From contig JAPEUG010000076.1 in NCBI GenBank assembly GCA_026025795.1, positions 1 through 54,735 of the forward strand: a stretch of 54,735 nt of DNA, read 5' to 3'. Below are positions 12,487 to 26,005 of the stretch, in pieces. The stretch is from Thelocarpon superellum (taxonomy: Eukaryota). The notes beneath the pieces were generated by a model. It saw only the letters and a program-made list of their open reading frames with translations. It did no database searches and had not been told where the DNA came from. The position numbers and the translations under genes were made by a program. Every line of letters begins with the position of its first letter. Within the stretch, counting starts at the first letter, position 1.

Positions 12487-13029
12487 AAGCCGGTAGGAAA
12501 TATTGGGGAATTGGGCCTCATGAACCTTTGTTCATCTCGTACGAAGTAGAAACGGGGCCGTGGATAAGCTAGGGCACAAAACAGGCCACCGTTGGATAGA
12601 TGACTTAGATATGGGTCGCCCTACCAAGGATGATGCAGGTCGTAGTACCAACAATTGTCGTTGCTGCGTCATGAAGTTCGGAGCAAACGGCGTGACGAAA
12701 TGAGGCAACCCGGGGGACGTGGGTGTGCAAGTAGATCGGAGGACTGCGGTCGGGAGTTGGGTCACGCTATTTTTCACTCAGGGAAAGCTCCAACATGGTA
12801 TGTTAGTGGGCGGGACTCGGGACTACTTTCCGCGAAAACGCTGCCTGAACGTCTCCCACACAGCAGGTACGGATGAAGAAGTGTAGCAACACGGCTTCAA
12901 CGCTTCTCTTCCCCGCACCACAGGCATCCATATTCCTCGTATATTCTGGGGCGCACTCTCGTGATGGAGCACGCCATCGACCGCGCTTCCAATCAAACAT
13001 AGAAGCTCGGACGCCCTGGTGCGAGCGTC

Positions 13030-13731
13030 ATGGTACGTTGAGCATCCGGGCCTTTGCTCGGCCTCATCAAGGCACACCCACTAGTTCCGGGGTCGCTGAC
13101 GATGCTCAAGGGATCGGCCAACGGAAAGCGAGCTTCGCTACGTGTCAGAGCGGGGCGACCGCGGTCTACGAACGCGTCGAGTAGGTCAGGCGTGCCCCGT
13201 TCAACGGCGGTGGCAAAGGTTTCAAAGAAGGCCAAGCGTTCCATGAAGCATGCCACCCTCGTGTCACGGATCGAAAAATCTAGCACGGCCAAGAAGCGGC
13301 GTCGGCCAGCGGCAAATCTCGTGGCGCATCTGCAATCGTTGGCCGACGCGCTACCGGACGTGGAGACAAAGGACAAGCCGGCCACGGTGGTCGGGCAGGC
13401 ACGGATCAAACGCATGAGCCTAAAGAGTCGGCCAGGTGCGACGAAGCGCAAGGAACAGCTCCACCGGATGGAGATTGAGCGATTCGGGAAGAACATGGCA
13501 CAGATGGCGGAGGGAGGTGCTCCACCTCAGCCACGCTCCAACCAGGATGTGCCACCACACCCTGCGGCGTCGGCCACGAATGCTCGATGGACGGCTCTCC
13601 GCAGCTTCATCGCCCATACGTTGGAACAGGCCCCGGGATTTAGAGACGATTCATCCGTACAAGTAGTTAGCTCTGACCGGACTGCTGCTCCCAGACGTGG
13701 GAGCGTCAACAAACGAGCACGTCCCTCGTAA
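13030..13731 (+). CDS. SLX9: Ribosome biogenesis protein Slx9 family
   Basis: Basic protein with KKRRRP, LQSLADALP, SLKSRPGATKRKE, ERFGKNMAQM and RWTALRSFI. The ATG alone (13030-13032) precedes an intron at 13033-13110. Confidence 0.82.
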
Positions 13732-16412
13732 GCCGAGACCACGATACCACGATACCGCGAATTAGATTACTCCCCGGCGAAAATGCCTCTGCGCAAGGAC
13801 TCTTGGGTCTCCAAAACGATAACGGGGACCATGATCATGGCTGTGAGACTGCTGCCATGACTCGTGATACCGCGTTGCCCTTGGCTATCACGTGGCTGCT
13901 GAAAGTGCAGTCGTTTGCGTCCAGCGAATTATTTCACCAGCCTCTGGGCGTCGTGCCTGCTCCTACCCGACGACGCCGGTAAGTAGTATGAGCCGGCTGG
14001 TCTGCTGCATGAGACGTGAGCCAAGGCCGGTTGGATTTGCGGGGGAGCCATCGCGAAGGGTACTACCCTCATGTATGCCGCTGTCCAGAAGTCGCCTTCT
14101 GCCCTGGGTGGGACACGACTTATCCTCCACGGCCATCCACAATGCGATATCACTTCCTACCTCTGTCGGTCAGCGCGACGAACTGCTGCGCTGGCCGTTC
14201 GGGACTGAGTCGTCCAAGATGGGCCATGGAGAGCTTGACGTGATGGCAAGTCGGCCAACGTTGCTGGTCTAAATTGAGCCATCAATATCTGCTCACAGTC
14301 GTGGGGGAAATTTTGGGATCATGGCGGAACAAAGACGGGTGTCGGGGTGTCTGGTTCTTTGTGTGATTGTTCACGTCGAGGGCACAGAGTCAGGAGGAAG
14401 AGCCGAGCCACCGAGGGAATCTATTCCACGCGACTTCTCAACGGATGAGCGCACGGTTCAGGCAGGCGCCGACAAACGTAGCCCTTGCTCGCTCAAGATG
14501 TCATGCATGCACGATGCGAGGCAGGCCTATCAAGCAAGCGGTCCATTCGACAGACCTCATCTCTGCTCACCCTTTAACGCTTAGGCTCGCGCGGTCGACC
14601 TGGACCCTCGTCAAAAGAAGGACAGTAAAACTCTCGGCCTTGGCGTCCTGTCTTAGCTGACTTAACTCCCCTAGCTCCGGGTGGGTATTCGGTTGACGAC
14701 CGGGGCGGCGGGCGCCAACGGCAGAGCGACGGCCGAGAAAAGCCAGAATCGATGCTGGGCCTGGCCAGCGCCAACGTGAGTCGGTGCCTAGGACCGGGGC
14801 AGGACTGACTAGCTTGAAGTTCCATGCCGACGTGGGGCGATGACTGGAAAATCTTGCCACGGCGACCGGTGAGATGTGCTGATCCACGACCTTGCCGGAC
14901 CCCTCATCCTCCCCGGATGTCGGGTTCTGGCGCACCCACAGCATCGTCGTCCCGGAAGAAGGGAGATGGCCGGCCGCAGAAGTCTGGCGCTAAGAATCGC
15001 CGGGGTCCGGGGATCCCCACGCGGTCGGACAAAGCCGGCAGCAACCACGGTTCCATTGGACCCAGGCCTCTCGTCCGGGCCGATCGACGTTGCCCGTGCC
15101 TCCGAGACGCCGACGAGGGATGCGATGATGATGGCCACACTTCCAACGTGGATCTTTGGAAATGCCCCTAAATTCAAGGGCTGACGGGTCCGGGACAGAT
15201 CACGAGCTCGTGCTCCTGGACCGATGTGTTCCAACGTGCTACGTCACCGTATTCTGGGCAGTGAGCAGTGGTCAATGGGCAAAGAGGCGGACGATGAAAT
15301 GGCTTTTCATCTCCATCCTTGCCAGCCTTATCTATCCGCGCGTTCGCCCCGACCCGAACGATCAAGTGAACCGCCGATCTCCCAAAAGCAATATCCATGA
15401 GACCAATGGGAAAAACCCTGTTTGTTATATTTTGGTACCTCCGCCTATCACATCGACCGATTCCGTCTCGCGACCGGCAGGGAAAATTTGATCGAGAAAA
15501 AGAAATACTGCGCCGCGGCGTGAAAGCGGGGAAGTTGGCCTCGACCCCTCCATGTCACGCCGTACTCGAGAGGAATGATCTCGCGACTTCTTCTCACTTC
15601 CACCGCGCGTTGCAACAGCCCCGAAAGCTCCGCAGTCCACGTCGCTCAGAACAGGGCCTTATGCTCAGGAAGCTGCGTCGGCCTACGAACGCGTCACCAC
15701 TAGTTCCGTCGGTTGGGTGGCATTTCATGGCTAACAGGGTCGGGACATGGGACATGGGGTCCTCCCTTCATTCACGAATTCCCTTCTGGCGCTTTCGCCA
15801 GCGGCGAGCGCCGCAGGGCCTCTGCCACGTGCTTTCTCGGCCTGGTGTACCCGCCACAGGTTCATACCGTCTTCGCTGTGACCGCGGCCAAGTTGCACTC
15901 TATGCGTGTGCGCGATCCACGCCGCCCAGCGATCATTGCCACGCCAGCGTTGTGCCAGAGCGGCCCCGCCGCCAGCCCTCCAACCCGACTACTACACGTC
16001 AGGCTTGTGCTAGCTGGTGCACCCACCCAACCCTTCCCCGAAGCACGACACTTGACTTATAAAGGGACGCCGGTGCAGCTCGCGCACTCACGCTCCGTGC
16101 CCTCCGGCCGGACCACTGACGCATTCGGTGTCAGGCATCACAGCATCAAACCAAGTTGGCTGCCTTCGCGGACTAAGGCGTCAACCAAGTCATAAATAGG
16201 GCATCTCCCCCGTCCCACGGTCGGCACCGCTCCACCCCTAAGAAGACTCCATCATTCGTCTGTGGCATTCCTTTTTCCACCCGTCGACTACCTGCACTCC
16301 ACGAGCATTACCACGGGAGCGACTACCGATTTATCTTTCTCTCGCGAATGCGGATGTCACTGGTACCCCGTCTTGATAACATAGTTGCCCCGGTGCGTCA
16401 TCGCTGGTTCCG

Positions 16413-17722
16413 ATGAGCGAGCGTCGGCCACGCCAGGATGCGGAGCGGAACCCTTACCAGCATGACGCAGACCCTGGCGACCCGGCTCTCTCCTCTTTTA
16501 CTTCGTGGCACGGCGATGGCAACAGTTGGCCTTCTCCCAATGCCATGTACCGTGGTCGAGACGAGGAAGACAGTGAGTGGGTCGAAGTCGTCACGACTTG
16601 GCTGCGCCGTCTGACGTCGCTAGATCAAGCGTGGGAGCATCACGCTCATACCCCGTCTCCGACCCGGCCCACCATTTCGTCACGCGCGACCTCCCTCATC
16701 GATTCGCGAGCATCCTCCCGCGTCTCTGACGTCGAAATCGATGCTGGGGTGGATGTTGAAGCCATTGATCACTTCCTCCCAGAGGAGGGAGCTGCCCTTC
16801 CACCTCGACCAGATCACGTCAGTGACCACGGGGACCTGATTGACGCTGACCGCCAAGCGGCCGAAGGCTACAGCGGGCAAGCTGACGTGCAACTGCTCTA
16901 CTCCCCGGAGTCTTCCGCCGGCTCTTATTTGCTCCGGGAGTTTGTTGATGCACCGCTGACGTCGGATCCATTCTCCGACGCTCGAGGGTTCCAAACGTCA
17001 CATGAGCAGCTAGCGCTTGAGGTGCAAGACATCTACACGGTGCTCTTCATAGTCGAGAGGAGAAGCTTCGATATGGTCAGGAACTGGGCGGCCATCACTC
17101 TCACCGTGGGGATGGAGCGCCAGCTACTCCATGACGAACCCTGGCAAACGCTCATCCGCCTTCACCGCATTCTGCGCTACGAGCATGACCGGTTTTGCAC
17201 TGTCGAGCAGAGACTCCGGCTCGGTAACCTGTCGACTCCGGAAGCACGCCCACTGCGATGTGCGGCGCGCCAGTGGCTTCGCGGCATCCGCTCCTTCCTC
17301 GATTTCCTCCTCCGTCATCCACCCGCTTCTCGTGAGGACATGATGATGTTTGTCTCCCAATGCTATTCAGGGATGAGACTATGGGAGCATGTGGAGGCGA
17401 CGTCGCATAACATGTGGATTGAATACCCTGACGATCTGGACGAGGACAGCATGGCCAGGGAAGATTACATGCGTGAGACGCAGAGACGTGGGTTTGGGTG
17501 GCACGATTCCGCATCACCAGGTAGCGGATGCAGACACGTACGCCACGACCCGCGGTCTATCACCGCCGCCTAGCCATAGAAGCTTGGCCCTTGAGGCTAC
17601 CGGGCTCCTCGGGTCAACGGCAAGTGGTCTTACATTCTTTGGGTTTGCATGAGCTTCAAGGCCGGCCCCACTACCGTTCACCCCTGGCCTGTCCTGATCA
17701 CTTTTTGATGTACTTTCATTGA
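16413..17722 (+). pseudogene. Degenerate EST1/SMG6-like (fungal Est1-type nucleic-acid-binding family) gene relic
   Basis: EQLALEVQDIY, WQTLIRLHRILRYEH, WLRGIRSFLDFL, WIEYPDDL..MARED and, in another frame, VYHRRLAIEAWP. These resemble the family motifs QL..EVKGIY, WQALIALHRTLLHEH, MWRHGIHSFLELL, WIECLGDL..MAIED and LYHHLAILARP. Frameshifted and truncated. Confidence 0.7.
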
Positions 17723-17990
17723 ATCCTGAGGACACGACCATCCGCTCGTTGACATTCGACCCCTTCGTTTCCTTCAATATGTTGCCGGCTCACGCGGCTC
17801 ATCTCTACTCCTGTCAGATTACTCCTGTTGGGCTAATCCTGGATTCGAATCTACGCTATCGGCTCCTCCCCAAAAGTTGGAGACATTGAGGTGGTGACGA
17901 CCTCTGCATCTTCATCGACGTTTACCCGTACCATCGTCTCTCTCTTCTTAGTCTAGTCGTGGTCCATGGGGACGTTGGCTATATGATGAG

Positions 17991-18056
17991 AGGATTTGGT
18001 TCGGATAAGGGGTTAGGGTTAGGGTTAACCCTAACCCCTTATCCGAACCAAATCCT
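17991..18056. repeat. Perfect inverted repeat (31-bp arms, 4-nt centre) containing head-to-head telomeric TTAGGG/CCCTAA units
   Basis: AGGATTTGGTTCGGATAAGGGGTTAGGGTTA-GGGT-TAACCCTAACCCCTTATCCGAACCAAATCCT read directly from the sequence. Confidence 0.97.
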
Positions 18057-18863
18057 GCTAGATGAGCTAGATGAGACGACGAAGAAAAGGAAGGGGCGGC
18101 ACAGTCTAGTCTGCCACCCCGCCCCAGCTTCCCACACGACACGATCTGTTCGAGAAACGTAGCACAGGGCTGCTCTACCTCTACGAAAGTAAATCACGCA
18201 AACCGGGTGGTGCAGACGCGCGCGCGAGGCCGTTGAGCAAAAAGGCGGTGTAGAGTACGGCCGCGCAGGTCGACTTGCCACCGCTGACGATCGACCGTCT
18301 CAGCTTGGAGCTCTGGTTGATTGGAGCTCCTTCGTCTATCTCTCGGTACTGGTGCGGCGTGGTGCCTGGCCCATTCAGGCTAGGTCCGAATTCCAGGCGC
18401 GGAGAGTAAGAAACGTCAGCCATGGCAGGTATGAATACTTACTAAGTACTACTTTGTAAGTATTTAGTAGTACTGTACCTCAATCAATGTGCAGAGTACA
18501 GCCGGGCGATGCGAGACGAGATGGGATAGGGTGTCTTCACACATCCTCCATCCCAACCAACCAACCATGTCGTTTACCCAAGGGAGTGAGGCTCTGCTGT
18601 TGTACTAGTACTCGAACTACTGAACGACATCCTTCACACCCATGCCACCACTACACCTCCCAAGTACACCTTCCAAGTAACCAGTGGGCTGAAATCAGGG
18701 TAGTTAGTGCAAATGTGACGACAAGGCCTACAGCTAGGTGGAAACAGTAGACGTAGTTGATGGACTTGACTCTGTGGCTCCTAGGGCTCATAGACCTATG
18801 ACTAGCCTCCTCGTGTTACTCGAGTTGAACACTGGGGCTCTGCTAGCTCGCAGCGGGACTCGG

Positions 18864-18925
18864 TTTATATACAGCGTGCCAGGTCATGTGCCGTATCATG
18901 TGACCATCACGTGGTAATCACGTGA
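18864..18925 (-). promoter_or_regulatory. Array of four TCAYGTG (E-box-like) motifs next to a minus-strand TATATAAA
   Basis: TCATGTG at 18884 and 18896, TCACGTG at 18907 and 18918. TTTATATA at 18864-18871 on the plus strand. Confidence 0.5.
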
Positions 18926-19401
18926 TCACTCCTATCCTCGTGGCGAGGCGTGGAGCTCCCGGCCTCACATTTTCCATCATTCTCCAAATGGGGACTGTGG
19001 TGCTGTCTGCGTGCTGGTGATGTGCTGCTTTCTCCTGTAGAGTGAGAGGTGGCCAGTCGACCTGGTCATTTCCTCAGCCCCTACGACTCGAGAAGGAGAG
19101 ATTGACCACGTCAAAGTGGCTTGTACTTGATTTGCACAGTACGCGTCAGTCTACTTCACAGCTGCAGGTTATGATGACGGTAACAGAACAGCGGTTGGAA
19201 ACTACAAGCACCTCACTCGCTCTCCCTCTCCCTCTATCCACGTCTCACCCCTACTCAACTCTCTTTACCCAGACTCAATTGGAACGTAGGCGGAAAGGAC
19301 TAGGCAGGGACGTAGGAAACAATATCGACTTTCTAGTGGAGGCAGGATGGAGAGAGAGAGAGATAAACGGAGATGAAGAGCGATGGAGTCCATGGCCCCC
19401 A

Positions 19402-20656
19402 TCACTTCTGTCGCGTGATGCTCTGTCGTGTCGTCGGAGGATTATAGACAATCTTGCGCGTCTTGACCGGTGACCATTTATATCTATTACTCATCGTCAG
19501 TCATCTCCATCTCTTCTCCCGGAGGCTTGTCGTGGGTCGTCCAGGTGAACTCACTTCTTCACCCATACGCTGAGGGCGAATAATACCGACCCGATCACTA
19601 TGACCTTCAAACCCATCTTCTTCCGTTGATCCATCTCCGGCTCAGCAGACCAGTTGAGGAATTCCACCACGTCTTTGGCCATTTGTGACGTGGTTGCGGG
19701 CGTGCCGTCTTCGTACTCGACGAGTCCGTCGTACAGCACGCGCGCCATGCCGATGCCTGCATTGGACATCAGAAAGGGACGTTTCGGCTAAGAGAGAGAG
19801 ATGTACCGGTTCCCGGAAAATACGGGTTGAAGTTGAGCCCCGCGGGCACGACGGCTCCCGCAGGTACTTCCTCCGGATACCCGGTCAAGAGACTAAAGAT
19901 GTAATTGCAGCCTCCGTGGCGGGCCTTGACCATCAGGCTCAGATCCGGAGGAAGCGCCCCGTTGTTGGCTGCCCGCGCCGCCTCGTCGTTCTTGTACGGA
20001 CTCGGAATGTAATCCGACAGCTTGCCCGGCCGCTTCTCAATCTCACCCTCGTCGTTGGGTTCCGTGTCGTATTCGTTTTCCTCCGCCATGGCTTTCATCT
20101 CATCAACCGTATGCGTGACGCCCACCAACGACCGATACGGAATCCGGCTCAGGGAGTGGCAAGCCGAGCACACCTCTCGGTACACCTGGAAGCCACGACG
20201 TAGCCTGACATGGTCAACCTCATGGAATCCATCCCGGTGTGGGCCGCCGGACTCACGAGCTGTGGTCGAACGTCTTGTAGAACCTTTCATGTTCCCACGG
20301 ATACTGAATCGGATGGAGCCTGTGACATCAGTCCGGCCCTTCTCTTCCGCGCCTCCACCACTTACCCCTCTTCTTGCGGCGTCATGGCAAACACTTCCCT
20401 GCCGTAGAGATGAAAGTACCATGCCACCGCACCGGCCGCAAAGGCTGTCGCTGCCGACCCGGCCAGCGTGCTTCGTAGAGCCGAGCTGCCAGCATCGCCG
20501 GGCGCCGATGTCGATGCGAGACGCTAAAAGCAGCATGGTCAGCATGCGAATCGCTTGGACGCGGTGGATCGCGACCCATACCACGGTGTGCCGAGAGCTC
20601 ACGTTCCGGAGCGCGTCGGCTCTCCGCGCCGAACGCAGACAAGACCTCGCCAGCAT
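19402..20656 (-). CDS. CYT1: Cytochrome c1, heme protein of mitochondrial complex III
   Basis: Presequence MLARSCLRS, LRRGFQVYREVCSACHSL (CxxCH), NNGALPPDLS, FNPYFPG, AEPEMDQRK and a spliced last exon KYKWSPVKTRKIVYNPP. Confidence 0.97.
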
Positions 20657-21098
20657 CGTGACTGCGGGCGAGCCAATGACGAAAGCCGACGAGCGACAGC
20701 CAACGACCGCAAGTCGATGACCAAGAGCCGGAGACAAGGGAGACGATGCGATTGAGATGGATGAAGCCGATCGGGAGACGTGATGACGGCTCGGTCGGGA
20801 GGAGACCAAGAGTCGAGACTTTAGCGCGGATGGGTGATGAGTAGACTTTATTTCGGCTACCGATGATTGGTCCGATCTTCATCCGGATCCCTCCAGATTC
20901 GCATGAGAGGAGCCCCAGTCTCACGGGTCGATCATGTCATACCACCACGGATTTCCGGAAGAACCTCCGTGGCAAATCCAGCATGTCTGGTATCGTCGCT
21001 AGTTTTGGGATATCCTATCGCATCTCATCGCTTCGTCTATACAAGGCTGCCTTTATTCGCTCATCACAACAGATTCTTTGCGTCCTCTGCCATCCCAC

Positions 21099-22559
<1,461 letters not shown>

Positions 22560-22638
22560 AGTGATCGCCTTCTCCTCTTCCAACGCGGAAGTCCTCAGTT
22601 GGGCATTTGGAGAGGAGGCAAGTAGATAATGCGAGCTC

Positions 22639-22971
22639 TGACTCGCACACAAGGCTGGGGTGGGTCCAGAATATTATACTGGCTTGTGCGTCATCTGGGC
22701 GCCGGGATCGGAGGGCAACTCAGCGCGATTTTCTCGCTAGTAGTTGCCCCAACGCTCGGCGAGCGCCATGCTACGAATGTTCCAGAAGGAGTAAGACGAC
22801 CTCGCGGATCCTATGGACGACCCCGAGACTGTCTCGGAGCCATTCTTCGCCATCGTCTCGGCGTGACTGGGTCGAGAGGCCTCGCGACCCAGCAGCACTC
22901 TTCTCTGAAGACCTTGCCAGGCCTTGCTACTGTGATGCTGCGATGCTGTGATGCTATGGCGCTGTGACTCA
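22639..22971. promoter_or_regulatory. Candidate Gcn4/CpcA elements upstream of the DAHP synthase
   Basis: TGACTC at 22639-22644 and TGACTCA at 22965-22971. Confidence 0.5.
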
Positions 22972-23106
22972 ACATATAAACTATGAATAATTGTGAAACA
23001 ACTTTGCACGCCTGCCCGTCCTGGGGCTTCCCGAGTGCGACATTATCATTATGACACACCACTTCCCAGACACTCGCCCATGTCAGAGAAAGAAGGCAGA
23101 CATGCT

Positions 23107-23766
23107 TCACAAAAGGAAGGTCCACAGCGCCACACAGAGAAGCGCAGGACTGGCCGCCATCCAGAGCGCACCCATCGGCGAACCGCCCAAGCCGGCCAGA
23201 GACGGCCCCGTGGGCGCAGACGAGTTAACAATGGAAGACAGCGGGTTGGCCACCGCGTTGGTGGTGGAGGGCGGCTGCGGTGCCGGCGGCGACGGCGTGA
23301 CATACGTCGTCGAGGTGTTGGTAGGTCCGACGATGATGGCGGACCCCGTGCCGATGCTGCCGAGCGTGTACTGCGGAATTGCGCTGACGCCAAGGACGTG
23401 ACCCACCGGACCATGCGGGGGCAATTGGTAGATACTCCCACCCAACGGCACGTTGGTTGGCACCGAGAGCGAGAGTGCCCCGCCTAGGCCGCCGGCGTAG
23501 GCACCGGTGCCGCCGGTCGGGAACCCGGCCGTGGTGGGCGTCGTCCCGTTGTAGTATGCCGTTCCATTTCCGACCGGTCCGTTGAGCGAGGTCGAAAGCG
23601 TGGACGTAGATACACTGCCGTTGGCGTCTGTCACGACCACGGGCAAGGTCGCGGCCGCTGTGGTGGCCGTGTCGGTTCCTGAGGTTCCCGACGCCGTCAC
23701 GCCCGACGTGGTTCCAGTGGCGGTGCCCGTCTCAGTCGTGGAAGACAACGGAGACGAGGTCGAGGT

Positions 23767-23798
<32 letters not shown>

Positions 23799-24782
23799 CG
23801 CCGTCAAAGCTGACGACCGCCGGTGTGCCAACCTCTTCCGTGTTGATCTTGCCGCCGGTTGAGACGATGGACTGCCACGTGCCCGAAGTGTCGCCATACG
23901 AATACTGCGTGCCGGTAGAGTAGTCCGTCACCGTGACTGACTGCACGACCATGGTAAAGGGTCCTTGGGTCCAGTCGGTGGCACCAGCCCAGCCTGTCGT
24001 CGCCCAACCGTTAGCCTCATAGTCAAACAGATCATGGAGCCGTCAGGAGCTTACCGTTAGGTCCGTTTGGGTTGTTGGCGGGGTCACCAGCCGCCCAGAT
24101 GCCAATCTTCAGGGCCATGGGCGTCGAAGGGATGACTTTGTTGGTGTCGGTGGAACGGTTCACGACCGAGACGCCATCGATGATCCAATTCATCTGATCC
24201 TCCGTCCAGATCATCGTGTACGTGTGGAATCCCGTCTGCGTTCCTCCGGGGACGGTAGGATTGGCCGACGGCGGGGTACCCGTCGCCGGTGGCGCCACTC
24301 CCTCGGAGAAGTAATTGGTTTGGATGTTGTCCGAATCTGCCCCCAGCGCCTCCCAATCAATCTCGTCCGCATCGTCCGACATCATAACCGAGGCCGAGAC
24401 TATGCCCGAGCCGGGCGCTACCTTCATCACCGTATCCACGCGACCGTACATGATGTAGAACTTGCTGACGATGGTGGGCGAATCACCAGATTTGGCGGCG
24501 GTGAAGGAGACACCGTTCGCGTCGTACGTGGGCACGCCACCGCCGATGTTGTAAAAGGCATCCGACTCGCCCTTGGTAAAGTCAAATGTCTCTTGGCCCC
24601 CTAATGCGGGATCCGGTGGGCAGCTGGCTGGAGGAGAATCAGCCTGGGATCTGGCGAGGAGTCGGCGCCAGGAGAAACCCACAGTTCTTCAACGGATTAC
24701 AAAACGTCTGAGCATTAATCACAGGCAGGAGGAGGGCCACGCACAGCGCAAGCGCCTGCGCCGAGGGACTCGAGGGCAACAT
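23107..24782 (-). CDS. GH16 Crh-family chitin transglycosylase, GPI-anchored
   Basis: Signal peptide MLPSSPSAQALALCVALLLPVINA then QTFCNPL|CPPDPALG. Catalytic DEIDWE, QTNYF, FHTY, PSTPM..KIGIWAAGD, S/T-rich tail and hydrophobic C-terminus. Confidence 0.92.
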
Positions 24783-25946
24783 TATGATGGTGAAGAAAGA
24801 GAATGGATGATGCACAACGCAAAAAGGGGGTCGCAGTCGAAAGGGACGATGCTTTCATGAGATGCCGAGGTGTCGAAACAGAGCAGCGCGAGCTCCGCTT
24901 AAAGATGGAGGCCATCGGGGCGAGGCAGCTTATCGACCAAACGATCGTCGTCGAGCGTGGTGGCGGAGGAAGATTGGCACGCTCGATGGTATTGATGGGG
25001 GAAAGATCGCGGCGTTCGGGAGCGGCGCGACGGAGTGGGTGCTTCAGTTGACCAACCGCAGGTTTCACGAGAGATACCGAGGAAGATGACGACAGCACGG
25101 ATAGGTCATGCCCCGTGCGTTGAACAAAGACGCCATCGGACCTCACTGGCCGACGGTGCTGATGCGCGCAGCGGCACACAGAGGCGATTAGATTGCGACT
25201 CCTTGAACTCCAGATGGCGTCTGATCAACCCCGTTGGGAGGCCGATCAACTCCAGTTCGTGGCCATGGTCCAGGTAGCGTGTTTGACCATCTCGTTTAAC
25301 CTGTGCCAATTTTGGCTCGGGCTGCATCGGCCCAGTGCACCGGCGAACCTTGGCTTTCCTCCGACCGCAGGAACCAGCGCCGAAGGTTCCACGTTCTCTC
25401 GCTACTGGCCCTCTTCGCCTTGCCGTCCCTCAGGGAGGGGGGGGCCGGGGAGCACGGGCAGCGTGTACAGCCGACTCACGCACATGCTCGTTGCTCGTAC
25501 TCCTGCAATTATGAGCCCACGACCGGTTTTCAGAAGCATTGTGCTGTCGATATCTATTCACAATCATCATGCGATGCTTACCGGTCACCCATGTCGACTC
25601 ATTGCCCAGGGGCGACCAGCCCCGAGGACCGCGGCCAGCGATACAGACGATGAAACTCACCTGTGCTCCTCTCGACACTACTAGTGTTAGGTGCCTTACA
25701 TGTGCAAACAACGGTAACTGTACGCTTACACGGGTGCTGGCACACTCACAACACAAGGCCGGTGGGTCTTTACCATGATTGTCTCAATGTCAGCCGTAGC
25801 CTGCCACGGATGGGGACGAAGTCTCTGTGGTGGCAGTTCTACTGGAGTCCGCGCTCCAAGATGCCGAACCTCTGTAACACGCTTACTACGACTATTGTAG
25901 TAGGATCATAACTGCTACTACTACTAGGACTCCTACATACTGCTAC

Positions 25947-26005
25947 TACTACTCGGTATAGTACTGCTTCTGCTAGTAGCAGTAGCAGTACTGTACCGAG
26001 TAGTA
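25947..26005. repeat. Near-perfect 59-bp palindrome (29-bp arms, 2 mismatches) in TAC/GTA-rich low-complexity DNA
   Basis: TACTACTCGGTATAGTACTGCTTCTGCTA-G-TAGCAGTAGCAGTACTGTACCGAGTAGTA. Confidence 0.9.

Noticed and set aside
13750..16400. Many overlapping 70-220 aa ORFs
   Set aside because: R/P/S-rich shadow ORFs typical of GC-rich DNA, with no motifs or consistent splice pattern.
18026..18034. TAACCCTAA as the template of a telomerase RNA gene
   Set aside because: It matches the Pezizomycotina template but sits inside a perfect hairpin that would sequester it. No pseudoknot or CR4/5 element could be identified by eye.
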